Source: Octopus sinensis (lineage: Eukaryota). Taken from it: 49,804 nt of DNA. Below are positions 24,070 through 38,187 of the stretch, one piece after another. Under the pieces are notes generated by a model. The model made no database searches and had not been told where the DNA came from. It worked only from the letters and a program-made list of their open reading frames with translations. The stretch lies in contig NW_021834355.1 of NCBI RefSeq assembly GCF_006345805.1, positions 1-49,804 on the forward strand, read 5' to 3'. A program made the position numbers and the translations under genes. Numbering within the stretch: the stretch's first letter is position 1; each line of letters begins with the position of its first letter.

Positions 24070-26520
24070 CTTAGAATAACTTAGAAAGGTTTGGCCAGTA
24101 TTGGCCCAGGCCATGTCTAACTTAATAGCACCACCTGGCGAAGTCTTTCAATTCAGGATTTGGGCACCAAGGCCCATTCGAGCAGAAAGTTATTGTTTGC
24201 GGAGACATACCCAGGTGTGGGTGGTTTGTCCGGGAATGTTTGAAGGAATTTGTCCAAAGACTTCTTGAATTTTGTGTGGTCAATTTCTGTTTTGGCGTGT
24301 CCTTGTGTAATGCTGAAGAGAGCGGGTCCAATTGAGGTGAAATAATTTTGCCGTATTGTTGTTATGAGATGCGATTTAGATTTTTGTTGTGGACGGATGG
24401 CACGGGGTCCAAGTCTTGGATGTATTTTGAAGGTGATACCAACATCATTTGGACAGTGCTGATGGAATATTTTCCACATCAAACAGATAACGTAGCGTTC
24501 ACAGCGTCGTTGGAGTGAATACAGTTTCAGCTTTTCCAGTCGACCCCAGTAGTCGAGGTCTGACATGCCATTCTATCTTTTATGTGATTGACCTTTGGGG
24601 AGCTTCAACTTTCATAATATTCCGTTTCGTGTAGGGAGACCACAGTGGACAGCAGTATTCAAGGTGAGGTCGGGCAAAAGTGGAGAAGAGAAGGATAATG
24701 GTGTGGGAATCTCTCGACTGGAAGGTTCTGAGAATCCAGGAACACATTCTGCGGGCCATGTCAACTTTGCTGCTTATATGTGTAGCCCAGCTTATGTTGT
24801 TGTCCACAGTTACTCCCAAGTCTCTGATGTTGTTCAACGTCATGAGAATTTCACCAGAAGGAAGGGAGTATGGGAGTTTCAGAGCATCCTCCCTTCCAAA
24901 GTGGATCAATTCGAATTTGTCTTCGTTTAGCAACATGTTGTTCTTTTCCGCCCATTGGACAACAGCCAGTAGGTCTGACTGAAGGTTTATCAGGTCATCC
25001 ACGCCGTTGATGACCTTCTGGAGCTTGGAATCATCAGCGAAGATTCTGATGTTACTGTGTTTGATGATGTCAGTGATGTCATTAATGTAGATGATGAAGA
25101 GAAGTGGGCCCAACACAGTGCCTTGTGGGATACCACTACTGACTTTGACTGGGCTGGATTTGACTCCTTCGACTACAACATGTTGGGTTCTGTTAGACAG
25201 GAAGCACTTGATCCACTGCAGCAGCTTTCCAGTGACACCAATATTGGACAGCTTTCTCAAAAGGATCTTATGATTAACCCTGTCAAAGGCCTTGCTGAAA
25301 TCAAGGTAGATGACATCAGTGTTGGAACCCTCTCCCAAGGCTCTCAAAATGTCATCGAAGTGATGCAGTAGCTGCGTCAGGCAATCCCTTCCATTACGGA
25401 ATCCATGCTGGTTGGAGTTCAGCATATTATGACTCTCAAGGAAGTGAGTCATACGCGATCTCACCACTCTCTCAAATACCTTAATGATATGAGAGGTGAG
25501 TGAGATTGGAGGGTAATTCACGGCAAGGGATTTGTTTCCTTTTTTGAAAACTAGGACAACAGACTGGGATAGATGGTTTTCTGGTATATATCCAGCATCC
25601 AGTGAGTTCCGCCACAGATTGGCTAGATGGGGTGCAAGTTGGTGTTGACACATCTTCAAGACACAAGCAGGGAACCTATCGAGACCTACTGCTGAATTAT
25701 GCTTCATTTCCTTTATTGCTGCTAAGACATCAGGAGCGCCAAAGGTTATGTCCGATAAAGTGTATTGGGGAGTAACATCACTGATACAGCCCAGATCAGC
25801 CATATCAGGATTCTGAAAACAGAGCAGTATTGTTTCTGCAACATCTCTCCCATGGTTTTGGCATTGTCTTGAAGAATACCATTTTCATCAATCAGAGGGC
25901 CAACAGTAGAGCCAGTAACTTTGTGTTTTTTTGCAAATGAGAAGCACACTTTGGGATTACGTTTGATCTTCTCAATGGCCCAGGCCTCTTCAGCTCTTCT
26001 CTGACTATTGATGATAAACATCATGTTGTTTTGGAGGTTATGTTTTTTAATCTCTAGTGACGTGATGGCAGTCAAGTTGGTGTGTTGCTGTTGACAGTAT
26101 TTCAGCTTGTTGATTTTTTTGTTAATTCTCTTAATTTTCCTGATGAGAGTTTTTCTATTTCTAGGGATTCTGCACTTAGATTTGTTTGCAGATCTTAATG
26201 GGGTGTGTTTTGCACATATGTTCGTAATGGTGTCTACAAATGACTGCCAGGACTTTTTGATGTTTTTGATGTTAGTGGGTGTGTATGTGTGCGTGAAGGA
26301 CCAATCGACTTGTGCAAGATCATTACTGATCGCTTCCCGGTTTGCATTGTGGAAATCCATAGTGTCAAATGGATGGACAGGAGGGATGACGTTTGTTTTG
26401 CATTTTGGGCGGTGAAATCTCAGATCACAGAGAACCATGTCATGATCAGAGAGTAGAGTTTTCTCCACTGCAATATTGTGGATAGTGTCAGTGTGATTGC
26501 TGAAAATTAAGTCTAGGCGT
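24067..26520 (-). mobile_element. 5'-truncated CR1-like LINE
   Basis: End of AP endonuclease (LDLIFSN...LSDH), RT domain, short 3' UTR and (TTCTAAGTTA)2 tail; 3' end abuts (TA)n. Confidence 0.92.
24153..26520 (-). pseudogene. LINE ORF2 (endonuclease C-terminus and reverse transcriptase), broken into three ORFs
   Basis: YPPISLTSHIIKVFER, QHGFR, YLDFSKAFDRV, SGIPQGTVLGPLLFIIYIND, FADDSK and RPHLEYC motifs; frame breaks near 25800 and 24575. Confidence 0.93.
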
Positions 26521-26585
26521 TTTTGTGACATCTCGTTGTTTCGAGCACACAACACACACACACACAACATATACATATACACTAC

Positions 26586-26625
<40 letters not shown>

Positions 26626-26640
26626 TTATTAGTAGTATTA

Positions 26641-26718
26641 AGGTTGCGAGCTGGCAGAATCGTTAGCACGCCGGGCGAAATGCTTAGCGGTATTTCGTCC
26701 GTCGCTACGTTCTGAGTT
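26641..26718 (+). mobile_element. SINE A 5' part, copied together with its flank from 28089-28187
   Basis: 26620-26718 is identical to 28089-28187. Confidence 0.85.
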
Positions 26719-26762
26719 TTGACTGTCAAAAATTGTGAAGCATGACTGTCACCACTACTTCA

Positions 26763-26807
26763 TGAACCTGAAGATTGCAGAATTTAATGCATGAAAGTAC
26801 TAGTTCA
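26763..26807 (+). ncRNA. Minimal type I hammerhead ribozyme motif
   Basis: TGAAC-CTGAAGA-T-TGCA-gaatttaa-TGCA-T-GAAA-GTAC-TA-GTTCA: 5-bp stem I, 4-bp stem II, palindromic AGTACT stem III, CUA triplet. Confidence 0.75.
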
Positions 26808-26959
26808 ATCAGAATGAACATTTAACATTCTATTATTTTATTTTATTTTATTTTATTATATTATCTTATATCATTATAAGATTGTAAAAAACGTGAAAAT
26901 CAAACAAAGTTGGAATTCCCTTTATTAATATATTCTTCTATACACAATCACACACACCC

Positions 26960-27009
<50 letters not shown>

Positions 27010-27029
27010 CACACACACCCGTGTATATA

Positions 27030-27076
<47 letters not shown>

Positions 27077-27515
27077 CATACATATGAGAGGGATGACCAC
27101 TATGTGGACAACCCTTATGCTAGAAGTAGATCCGCTATGGTCTTACCGCCAAGAAATTTTCTCAAGTAAAATTTAGCAAACACCAGAACATACGCAAGCA
27201 AGACAAATGAAAAGCGACAAAAATATAGATTATTCACACACGTTTCACTATTAACTTGATTACGTAATTTTACTTACGCAATTTGTCTGTAGATCTTAGG
27301 TGTGACCGTCCATACAAATATAATTTGCAGAACTACATACTAGGACGTCCGCACACACACCACACACACACCACACAAACACACACACGTGCATATACCC
27401 ATACGCGCACAGTTATATTCAAATACATGTGCGCGAATAATTGTCACATATATCACAAGTATATATATATACATATATATATGTATGTATGTATATGTAT
27501 ATGTATATGTATATA

Positions 27516-27745
27516 CAGGATTGGCCAAAAGTTACCCGAGAGTAAATAAAAATTTCGTAACTACTATCTGTAATTCTGTATTGACTCGAATGTAAAAGTA
27601 TGTCGCTCCAGAAAAAGTTTTTGAAAATTTTTTATCATGTTTCATATTTAGATGCTTTTATTAAATTCATTCAGTTGTTAAACACAGATAAATCTTGGAA
27701 TTAAATGGTTTTGATTTACTGTCTGGTGACTTTTGGCCGACACCG
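27516..27745. mobile_element. Tc1/mariner-type MITE, 230 bp, TA TSD
   Basis: TA-CAGGATTGGCCAAAAGTTACCCGAGAGTAAAT versus right-end reverse complement TA-CGGTGTCGGCCAAAAGTCACCAGACAGTAAAT. Confidence 0.75.
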
Positions 27746-28034
27746 TATGTACACACACACACACACACGTACGCACACACACACATACACATACATATAT
27801 ATATATATATTACAGTATCTTATTTTAATTTGTATTACATAAGCTAAGTACTCACAAAAGGTGATGCAATGTTTGTGTTACCTTTCCATAACTTAATAAT
27901 TTTGCTGCAAGCTTTTCTTCATTTTCTTCCTGTGTCTCATTTTGTCTCCATTCAGTTATTCTTTTTCTTTTTACCTCCATTTAATCGCCTTAATTATCCT
28001 TATTTTTCCTTTATTTGGGCAGTGACGATGATAT

Positions 28035-28069
<35 letters not shown>

Positions 28070-28109
28070 AGCCTTGTACCAAAATTTTTAATTATTATTA
28101 GTAGTATTA

Positions 28110-28330
28110 AGGTTGCGAGCTGGCAGAATCGTTAGCACGCCGGGCGAAATGCTTAGCGGTATTTCGTCCGTCGCTACGTTCTGAGTTCAAATTCCGCCGA
28201 GGTCGACTTTGCCTTTCATCTTTTCGGGGTCGATAAATTAAGAACCAGTTGAGTACTGGGGTCGATGTGGTCGATTGTGCTCCCTCCCTACAAAATCCAG
28301 GCCTTGAACCTATAGTAGAATGGAATCATA
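28110..28330 (+). mobile_element. SINE family A, short-tail variant
   Basis: Head, body and tail CAAAATCCAGGCCTTGAACCTATAGTAGAA. Confidence 0.88.
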
Positions 28331-28664
28331 ATCATTTATTATTATCAGTAGCAGTAGTGGTGGTGGTGGTGTTAGTAGTAGTAGTAGCTTTAACAATATT
28401 TTCCTTATTAACACTAGTATTATATTCAAACGTAAGTTCATTACTACCACCATCAGCCTCCCCACCACCGCCACCACCATCATCATCATTATAAATATAG
28501 ACGCCATCATCGTCCTCGTTGTCATCACCATCGTCATCATTCTCATCATTATTCATTTCACAGTCCTTTCTCACCCCTCTCTTATGTAAACCCCTACACA
28601 AATTGTTGCCTGTCTTTGTGACGTTCCCCTCCTCTATGCCCCTGTGGCTCATAAAAGAAATTAT

Positions 28665-28874
28665 CATCGCCATAGCATCATCCTCATCATCATCATCATC
28701 ATCATCATTATTATTATTATTATTATTAGTATTAGTGTAGTAGTAGTAGTAGTAGTAGTATTACTATTATTTTTATTATTGCTATTAATATTATTATTAT
28801 TATTAGTAGTAGTATTAGTAGTAGTAGTAGTAGTAGTAGTAGTAGCATTTTCATTATTATTATTCATTATTATG

Positions 28875-28924
<50 letters not shown>

Positions 28925-28956
28925 CATTATTATTATTATTATTATTATTATTGTTA

Positions 28957-28998
<42 letters not shown>

Positions 28999-29006
28999 TA
29001 TTATCG

Positions 29007-29046
<40 letters not shown>

Positions 29047-29087
29047 CGTCATTATTATTATTATTATTATTATTATTGTTATTATTA

Positions 29088-29128
<41 letters not shown>

Positions 29129-29130
29129 AA
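28665..29130. repeat. (CAT)n/(TAG)n/(TTA)n microsatellite
   Basis: Direct inspection. Confidence 0.95.
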
Positions 29131-29589
29131 TAACAATAAAGGCACCATACCATCCCTTTCACCAATGATCGTCGTCCGCCATATATCTTTTTGATGTCAT
29201 TAAAACTTGTCACAAATGAAAGGCATTTCAATGGTTGAAATTTCTCTCTCTCTCTCTCTACCTCTCTCTCTCTCTATCTTCCTCACTCTCTCTCTCTGTC
29301 TTCCGCACTCTCTCTCTCTCTTGTCTCTAACTCTCACTACCCCTCTCTCCCTCTCTCCATTATTTGTGGAACAACAAACCTAATTTAATTCTTCATATCT
29401 AACCTTTGCCATCGCAGCTAGGAAATGGCACTTTTGCTCGACAATTTGCATTCGTTTACATTTTTCGTTTGTATTAGTTGTGTTGTTGTTGTTGTTGTTG
29501 TTGTTGCTCTTATGGTTATTGTGATGATGTTGTTGTTATCATTCTCGTTGCTGATGTTGTAATTTTTGTAATTTTAGTTACTGTGTTGT

Positions 29590-30908
<1,319 letters not shown>

Positions 30909-30910
<2 letters not shown>

Positions 30911-30936
30911 AGCAGAATACCCGGCGTTAGCAAGGT
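30909..30936 (-). mobile_element. Helitron-like 3' terminus
   Basis: Minus strand CCTTGCTAACGCCGGGTATTCTGCTAG followed by T; resembles the 31648-31675 end. Confidence 0.55.
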
Positions 30937-31282
30937 GGTGAAACGTAACCGTATATATTTCTTAATGAAGAATTAATCTTCATGAATAATTCGATTATTC
31001 TGGGAAAGATATCTTTCATGTAAGAAATGAAATTATTATCCAATACATTGATAACAACCCATTGTCTGCTGACCTGTATATCAGATGTGCACAAGATATT
31101 TGTAGCTTATTTCTTAATTCAAGCGTATACCAGAATCAGACACATATTTAATTCAAACAAGTTCAGTAAAACACAGGATGAAGTAAATGTAAAAACATGT
31201 TTGTATCGTTTGAAACTCTTACTGAATATAAAAATTATACTTGGAAGAGGATGCGTGGCGTTCAATCATATAATAATATAAA

Positions 31283-31675
31283 TCTATATATATAAAGCTG
31301 AAGTTGTCTGTGTATGGCAGGTTTGGTAGCCTTCAACTAACACTATCTCCTCCGAGACCCTGTGGCGCAAGTTGACCAAAATTGAGAGTATGATAGAAGG
31401 CTTGCTCTTCCTTCCGTAGGAGAAAACATTCAAATCGGACCATGTTAACACCAAAAATTATTTACATGAAAAAGGTGCTTTTTTTCTATGAAAATCCCTA
31501 TTTTTTACGATTTTTTGACTGCTGTGTCGCCATTTTTCAGTGTATTTCAACCAGAAAAATGTTCACTTAAAGAGAATAACAAGCTACATAACGTAAAATT
31601 TTTACTTTTCAAAAATTCCAATTCTAAAGAGTCCAAAAGAAAACAATCCCGAGCAACGCCGGGCGATACTGCAAG
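31283..31675 (+). mobile_element. Non-autonomous Helitron-like element
   Basis: A|TCTATATATATAAA 5' end; 3' hairpin CCCGAGCAACGCCGGG then ...CTGCAAG|T (CTAG variant). Confidence 0.7.
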
Positions 31676-32093
31676 TAATATATAAAGAGACCGATAGAAT
31701 AAGTAATAAGCTTACAAAAAGTAAGTCGATTCGTTCGACTAAAGTCGGTGCTCCAGCTTGGCCACAATCAAATGACTGAAGCCAGTTAAAAAAGAATTGC
31801 TCTCTAAATATATTGTATATTTAGATAGTATTACCAAAATGTTCTTTATTTACATAATCAACAGCATCGCCATCGCCATCGCCATCGCCATCGTCGTCAT
31901 CGTCGTCGTCGTCATCATCCTCATCATCACCATTATCATTGTCCGCCATTATTACTATATACACTGCCGTAAAGATAAGCCCAACCTTACACAGTACTGC
32001 GGTTGTATAGTAGTGTATTTTGGCATTAATGCGTTTATGATGTAGTACATTTATACAGTGGGATGATATTATGTTTAACTAATGTATTTAGAT

Positions 32094-32482
32094 CAGTGGT
32101 TCTCAACCATTTTTTGCCTAAAGAACCCTTTGCTTCCTATTTCCCTTGAGTGGACCCTCATCACCATTCTATGTTTTTAAAAATCCTATTATATATTTAT
32201 CATATAAGAGATCTTAAAAAATTGTTAAAAAATCTTATATTTTTATCATTAAATTTTTTAAGAAATCTTATAAAAAATTGTTTAAAAATCCTATTATATT
32301 TTTATCCTATTATATTTTTATCATTAAATATTATAAGAAATCATATTTTAAAATGGTTAAAATATATTGTGTATCATAGAAGCTTAACCAATTTGTTCTA
32401 CATTAGTTTCAACAAAAAAACTTACATAGACCCTCAAGGTTCACATGGACACTCAAGTGTGGACCCTAGTTTAGAACCATTT
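32094..32482. mobile_element. hAT (Charlie-like) MITE
   Basis: CAGTGGTTCTCAACC left end, ...GTTTAGAACCATTT right end, 8-bp TSD-like ATTTAGAT/GTTTAGAT; relative at 43522-43730. Confidence 0.7.
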
Positions 32483-32723
32483 GTTTAGATAGTCTAGTAT
32501 TTAGATAGTATTCTGCTTAGTATAGAATTTAAATATCTATGCGTTGAGATTAGTATTGGATTTAGGTCGTATTAGATAGAAGTACATTTTTAAAATAATG
32601 TTTAGCAGGTAATATGTTTACATATAAATGCATTTTCAGATAGTATTATGTTTACTTAAGAGTATTCAGTTAAAATCATGCTTAAATAATTGTGTTTAGA
32701 TAGTTTTAAATAGTAATGTATTG

Positions 32724-32914
32724 CCGTATTTTCCGGCATACAAGTCAAATTTTTCAGGCCAAAGATTATAGCTAATAATAGTAGGTCGACTTATACAACA
32801 AAACAAATATGGACGACTAAAATTCCGTGTGAAACTCAGCAGTGACGGTGTTTGAATGTGTATACTGCAGGTTTACAAAATATACCAGGCCGATTTGTAT
32901 GCCAATAAATTCGG
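32724..32914. mobile_element. TcMar (Tc2/pogo-like) MITE
   Basis: CCGTATTTTCCGGCATACAAGTC versus right-end reverse complement CCGAATTTATTGGCATACAAATC. Confidence 0.6.
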
Positions 32915-33647
32915 CAAGTTATTTGTATATTCAAGGAGAATTTGCGTTTCGACGGTAGAGTATTTACATAAAAGTGTGCTTAGATAGAATTGTTTCGGTG
33001 AAATGACATTTAGAGAGCAGCATCGTGTTTAGATGGTCGCATCTATACTATATTAAAGAAAGTTGTTTATTAGTTAGTTAAGAGTAGGTAACTTTTACGA
33101 AAACAAAGGAATAAGTCACGTCTATAATCTTCAGAAAATACTAAAACTCCAATTTTAATGTATTGTTATCAAAATGTGGTTTGAAATATTCTTTTATTTA
33201 TGAGGATTTCGACTGTACTCTTCAATCAGGAATTAATGTTTTTTCATGCGTTTTTTAACGTCTTAAATTCGTATCCCCTTTCATCGATTGTATCCTTGTG
33301 TTCAAAATGTAATGTTTTTAAATAACAATATCTTTCAATAGCAATGTAACTTGCCGCTAGTTTGCTAAGATAGTGTTATGGATTCTTTTAGATCAATTAA
33401 GTCATTTAAATTAGATATTTACTTTTGTTCATTTTAGCAGATTCCACAAATTTCAATATCAGATCTGAAATTTTCAATAAATGCAAACATTTTATATAAG
33501 TTCCTTGTAGAATTCCTAATAGGAAAATTTATTTTGCTCTGAAGTGGACCCCACCATACCGCTACGTATTGTTAAAAGAGAAACATACGCACGCGCGCAT
33601 GCGCACATACAAACACTTATATATGCATAAACACACATATATATATA

Positions 33648-33866
33648 AGGCGAGCTGGCAGAATCGTTAGCACACCGGACGAAATGCTCAACGATATTTC
33701 ATCTGTCTTTACGTTCTGAGTTCAAATTCCGCCGAGGTTGACTTTGCCTTTCATCCTTTCGGGGTCGATTAAATAAGTACCAGTCACACACTGGGGTCGA
33801 TGTAATCGACTTAATCCCTTTGTTTATCTCCTCTGTGTTTAGCCCCATGTTGGCAATAAAGAAATA
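33648..33866 (+). mobile_element. SINE family A
   Basis: Head, body and long tail ...GGCAATAAAGAAATA. Confidence 0.9.
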
Positions 33867-34442
33867 TGTATATATACGCGAGAACGCCTGATTATATTCT
33901 ACACACAGTTTATAAAATCTTTTAAAATTGACAAACTTCAGTATGTTATCTGAGGGAGTTAATCAACGTCAGAGAATCAAAACGCTACGCCTCTGGTACT
34001 ATATTCTATTTGACTGTGCATCTGGAGACTTACATTACAATACCGCAAAACTGCATTGTTATTCCTGTCTTCGTCTCATATCCGTCAGATTTATGTTGTA
34101 TAAAAATAGATCTATATTACACTGGAGTGATACTACTGTACTACTTGCAATAAATATTTTACTTTATTTCATGTATTGAGTACTTTTGGAGATTGATAAA
34201 TGTATATGTGAGTTTGCTAGAGGGAAATAGACAGATAGAAAGAGATGCAGAGAACAATATAGAGTGAAAAAGACAGAGAGAGAGAGAAAAAACAAATACA
34301 TTGATAATGTAACATGTTTAATCGATAAATCGATAAATCAATATGATATCGATTAATTTAGCTATATTGTTGAAATATATCAATATTACATAGAAATAAA
34401 TTCTTTAAAATATAACTCTATGTCTATAAGCGTGTATGTGCA

Positions 34443-34483
<41 letters not shown>

Positions 34484-35179
34484 TATATACAGGTATGTAT
34501 ATATGTACTGCATATCAATACATTGGATTTTTAAAAATAAAAAAAAATCCAGCCAATAGAATTAACAGCTTCGCTTCACTGCGGCATTTGCTAACACACT
34601 GTATCTATGGCTTATTTCTTTTTGTGTTGCTTGTTTAACAGACGAACATTACGTCGGCTTCGAAAATCAGGAAACATTTATAGAAAATAACAAATACAAA
34701 CCGACATAATTTTTATTTTATTTTTCTGCATTTTATTATATATATGTTTTTTTGTTGTTGTTTTTTTGCAATCAAAATTTGTTATTTATTCTCAATAAAA
34801 GATATTTCTGTGTTTTATTATTTTACGTAGACACATTTTTATATTTTGTGAAGAATTGACAATAAGATCTTGGTTTTCTTTCATTTCTCATGGAAATTTA
34901 TTCTTAACAGTCATGCATATATAGACCGAGAACTGGGTCTCTGGATCGATTTGCCTCTGCCACTATTCCGTCTCTTATAACGTCTGCTAATCTATAGATT
35001 AAGATCACAGAATTTTCATTCAAATTTTTCACATTTGGACAGTAATTTATAAGAGAAAAAAAGCTACGGGCTGGTCAATGACTGTCGGTGTTTTTACACG
35101 GGGGTGATGCTGTTTTTGCTGTAGTCGCCATTATTACACATTGCTGTTATTGGTGGGGGATGCTGATGATGGTGAGGGT

Positions 35180-35312
35180 TGATGGTTGATGGCGGTGGTG
35201 GTGGTGATGGTGCGTGTGGTAATGGTTGTTTCCATGGTTATCGTCGTCATTGTGACCATCGTTGTTGTTGTTGCTAGGATGGTAGTGGTTGTAGTAGTAG
35301 TAGTAGTAGTAT

Positions 35313-35356
<44 letters not shown>

Positions 35357-35735
35357 TAGTAGTAGTAGTGGTAGAAGTGGTATTGGTTGTGATGGTGGTG
35401 GTACTTTTGGCGTTTGTGGTGGTACGATAGTTGTTGTAGTAATAGTAGCATTGGTAGTGGGGGTGCTGGTGGTAGTATTAGTAGTGTTGGTGATGGCGGC
35501 AGTGCTGGCAGTGGTGGTGATGGTAGTAGTAGTAATGTTGTTGCTGTTGTTGTTACTGTTGTTGTTGCTGGTGAAGGTGGTGGTAGTGGTGGTGGTGGTG
35601 GTGGTGGAAACGGCGATAGTAGTAGTAGTAGTAGTAGTAGTAGTAATGTTGTTGCTGTTATTGTTGTTGTTGTTAGTAGTGGTGGTGGGTGAGGCGGTGG
35701 TGCTGTTCGTGGAAATGGTATTGGTGCTGGTGCTG
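35180..35735. repeat. (TAG)n/(GGT)n/(GTT)n low-complexity block
   Basis: Direct inspection. Confidence 0.9.
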
Positions 35736-36524
35736 GGCAGTCTTTATCCAAACCAAATCTACCCTGTCTGTTTTATATATCTGAGATAGCATTTTCCTTT
35801 TGTATTCTTTGTTTTAAGAAAGTAAAGAACGGCTTGAGGTAATTTGGTCGTTATTTCTAGCCAGTCGAACAATAACTTACAAGCGTCCATCTTGAAATTA
35901 TTTAACCTGGTTCAAGTGTGGAGCCGTTCCTGGTTTCTCAGTTTTCCAAGGACTCGCCACGATTAAACGCTAAAATGTTTTATATCAATATCTGGGATTT
36001 TACTTTTTTATCATTTCCTTTTAACTACTGCTGCTGTTGTTGTTGTTGTTATTAAGCAACAAGACGGGTAAGGGTGATTAGGTGATCGTCTAGGGCTTAA
36101 GGAGCGGGAGACCCCAGACCATGGAAAAAAAAACTTTGGTCGTCTTGTTGTAGTCGAGGGCTCTTCGTTGACGCCCAACACCACTGGGAAGTGGCCCTCG
36201 AAGTTGCTGGAAATCTCCAGGTCCAAATTCTTGGACGGCTGCTGCTGCTGTTGTTGTATTTGTTTCGTTGTTGTTGCTGCTTTCGTAACTGCTTAGTTCC
36301 ATATTTACGCTAATTGAGTAAATTATTGGTCAGTCATCTATGCTATGACCCCGTACGCCGTTTTTCAAACGTAAAGTATATCTCTGCCAACGCTATCCAG
36401 TATTTCTTTCCTAAACACAGTAAAATCTGATTTGTGAGATTTGGTTGTTATTTTTAGCGGGTCGAAACGCACACGTCAGAAGAAGAGGCAGCACTCGTGA
36501 GTCCATCACATCGCCTCCAGGATT

Positions 36525-36830
36525 GATGAGAAGGAGTGGAGGGAGAGAAGGAGATGAAGGAGAGAAGAAGAGGAGAAGGAGAGGAGAGAAAGGAGAGGAG
36601 AGAAAGGAGAGAAGAGAAGGAGAGAAGGAGACAAGAGAAGGAGAGAAGGAGAGAAGAGAAGGAGAGAAGGAGAGAAGAGAAGGAGAGAAGGAGAGAAGAG
36701 AAGGAGAGAAGGAGAGAAGAGAAGGAGAGAAGAGGTAAGGAAAGGAAGGAGAGAAGAAGGGGAGAGAAGAGAGAGGGAGAGAATGCGAGAAGGAGAGAAT
36801 GAGAGAAGGAGAGAAGGAGAGAGAGAGAGC
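36525..36830. repeat. Polypurine tract containing a 21-bp minisatellite (GGAGAGAAGGAGAGAAGAGAA)
   Basis: 7-codon periodicity (ERREGEK) visible in the ORF track. Confidence 0.85.
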
Positions 36831-37058
36831 AAGCTATCCTTAAACCGGAGAGTTGGCCCGATACCATTAACCCTTTCAAAGATACTTAGGTGGTGGTGGT
36901 GTTAAAGTGGACCTATGAGTAGGTCACAGTGGGATTTCAACTTAAAACACAAACAACTGGAAGAAATAACATGAGGCATCCACTCTTACACTTTCAACGA
37001 TCCACTCTTCCTGGATCGTTAGATTTTATGATAACGAGGTGGAGGAGGAGGAAGAAGA

Positions 37059-37096
<38 letters not shown>

Positions 37097-37723
37097 CGGC
37101 GGCGGCGGCGGCGGCGGCGGTGGTGTGACGACGACGACGTCCACGACAATAATAAGGATGATGATAAAAGTAACGATGCAGATGATAAAACTGACGTCCA
37201 CCACTACGGGCGTCGATGAGGAAGGTGGGTGGCTGTGAGGATGGCGACGGCGGTGCGGAAGATGATAATATTAAACCCGTTCCAACGTGATGATGTGCAG
37301 CCCGTCAATCAGTCTACTACAACTACTACTACTACAACAACAACAACTACTACTAATACTACTACCACCTCCACCACAAACAACAATAGCAACAACAACA
37401 CTAACACCAACACCACCACCGCCATCACCATCACTGATAAAATCCTATTCATTGATGTTGTGCAACCACACCTAATGACTCTCTTGGCCAATTGATGCTG
37501 CAGACAACCATCTGTATCTCCTCCTCCACCCCCCACCTTCCTCCTTAATTTGGTGCACATGTGCAGCTGTTTGGGTAATTGTGCACTACCACATACACAC
37601 AAACCGACAAATTACTTCAACATGAACACAACACATTTATATATACTTATACATATATGTAGGTATGCATAGAATATATGTACACACGCACGCACTCACA
37701 CACACACATACACATACACATAC

Positions 37724-37814
<91 letters not shown>

Positions 37815-37815
<1 letters not shown>

Positions 37816-38187
37816 GCAGGAGTGGTTCCGAGTTCAGTCCCATTGCGTGACATCTTGGACAAGTGTCTTCTACTATAGCCTCGGGCCGACCAAAGGCACG
37901 TGGGTGGATTTGGTAGACGGAAACTGAAAGAAGCCCGTCGTATATATATATATGTGTGTGTGTGTGAGTGTGCGTGTACTTGTATGTCTGTGTTTGTCCC
38001 ACCATCACCACCATCATCGCCTGAAAACCGATGTTGGTGTGTTTACGTTCTCGTAACTTAGCAGTTCCGCAAAAGAGGCCGATAAGATAAGTACTCGGCT
38101 TACAAAGAATAGGTCGATTTGTTCGATTAAAGGCGGTGCTCCAGCACAGCCGCAGTCAAATGTATGAAACAGGTAAAGGCATAAAAA

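Noticed and set aside
24595-25371. Plus-strand ORFs of about 100-111 aa
   Set aside because: Antisense shadows of the LINE reverse transcriptase
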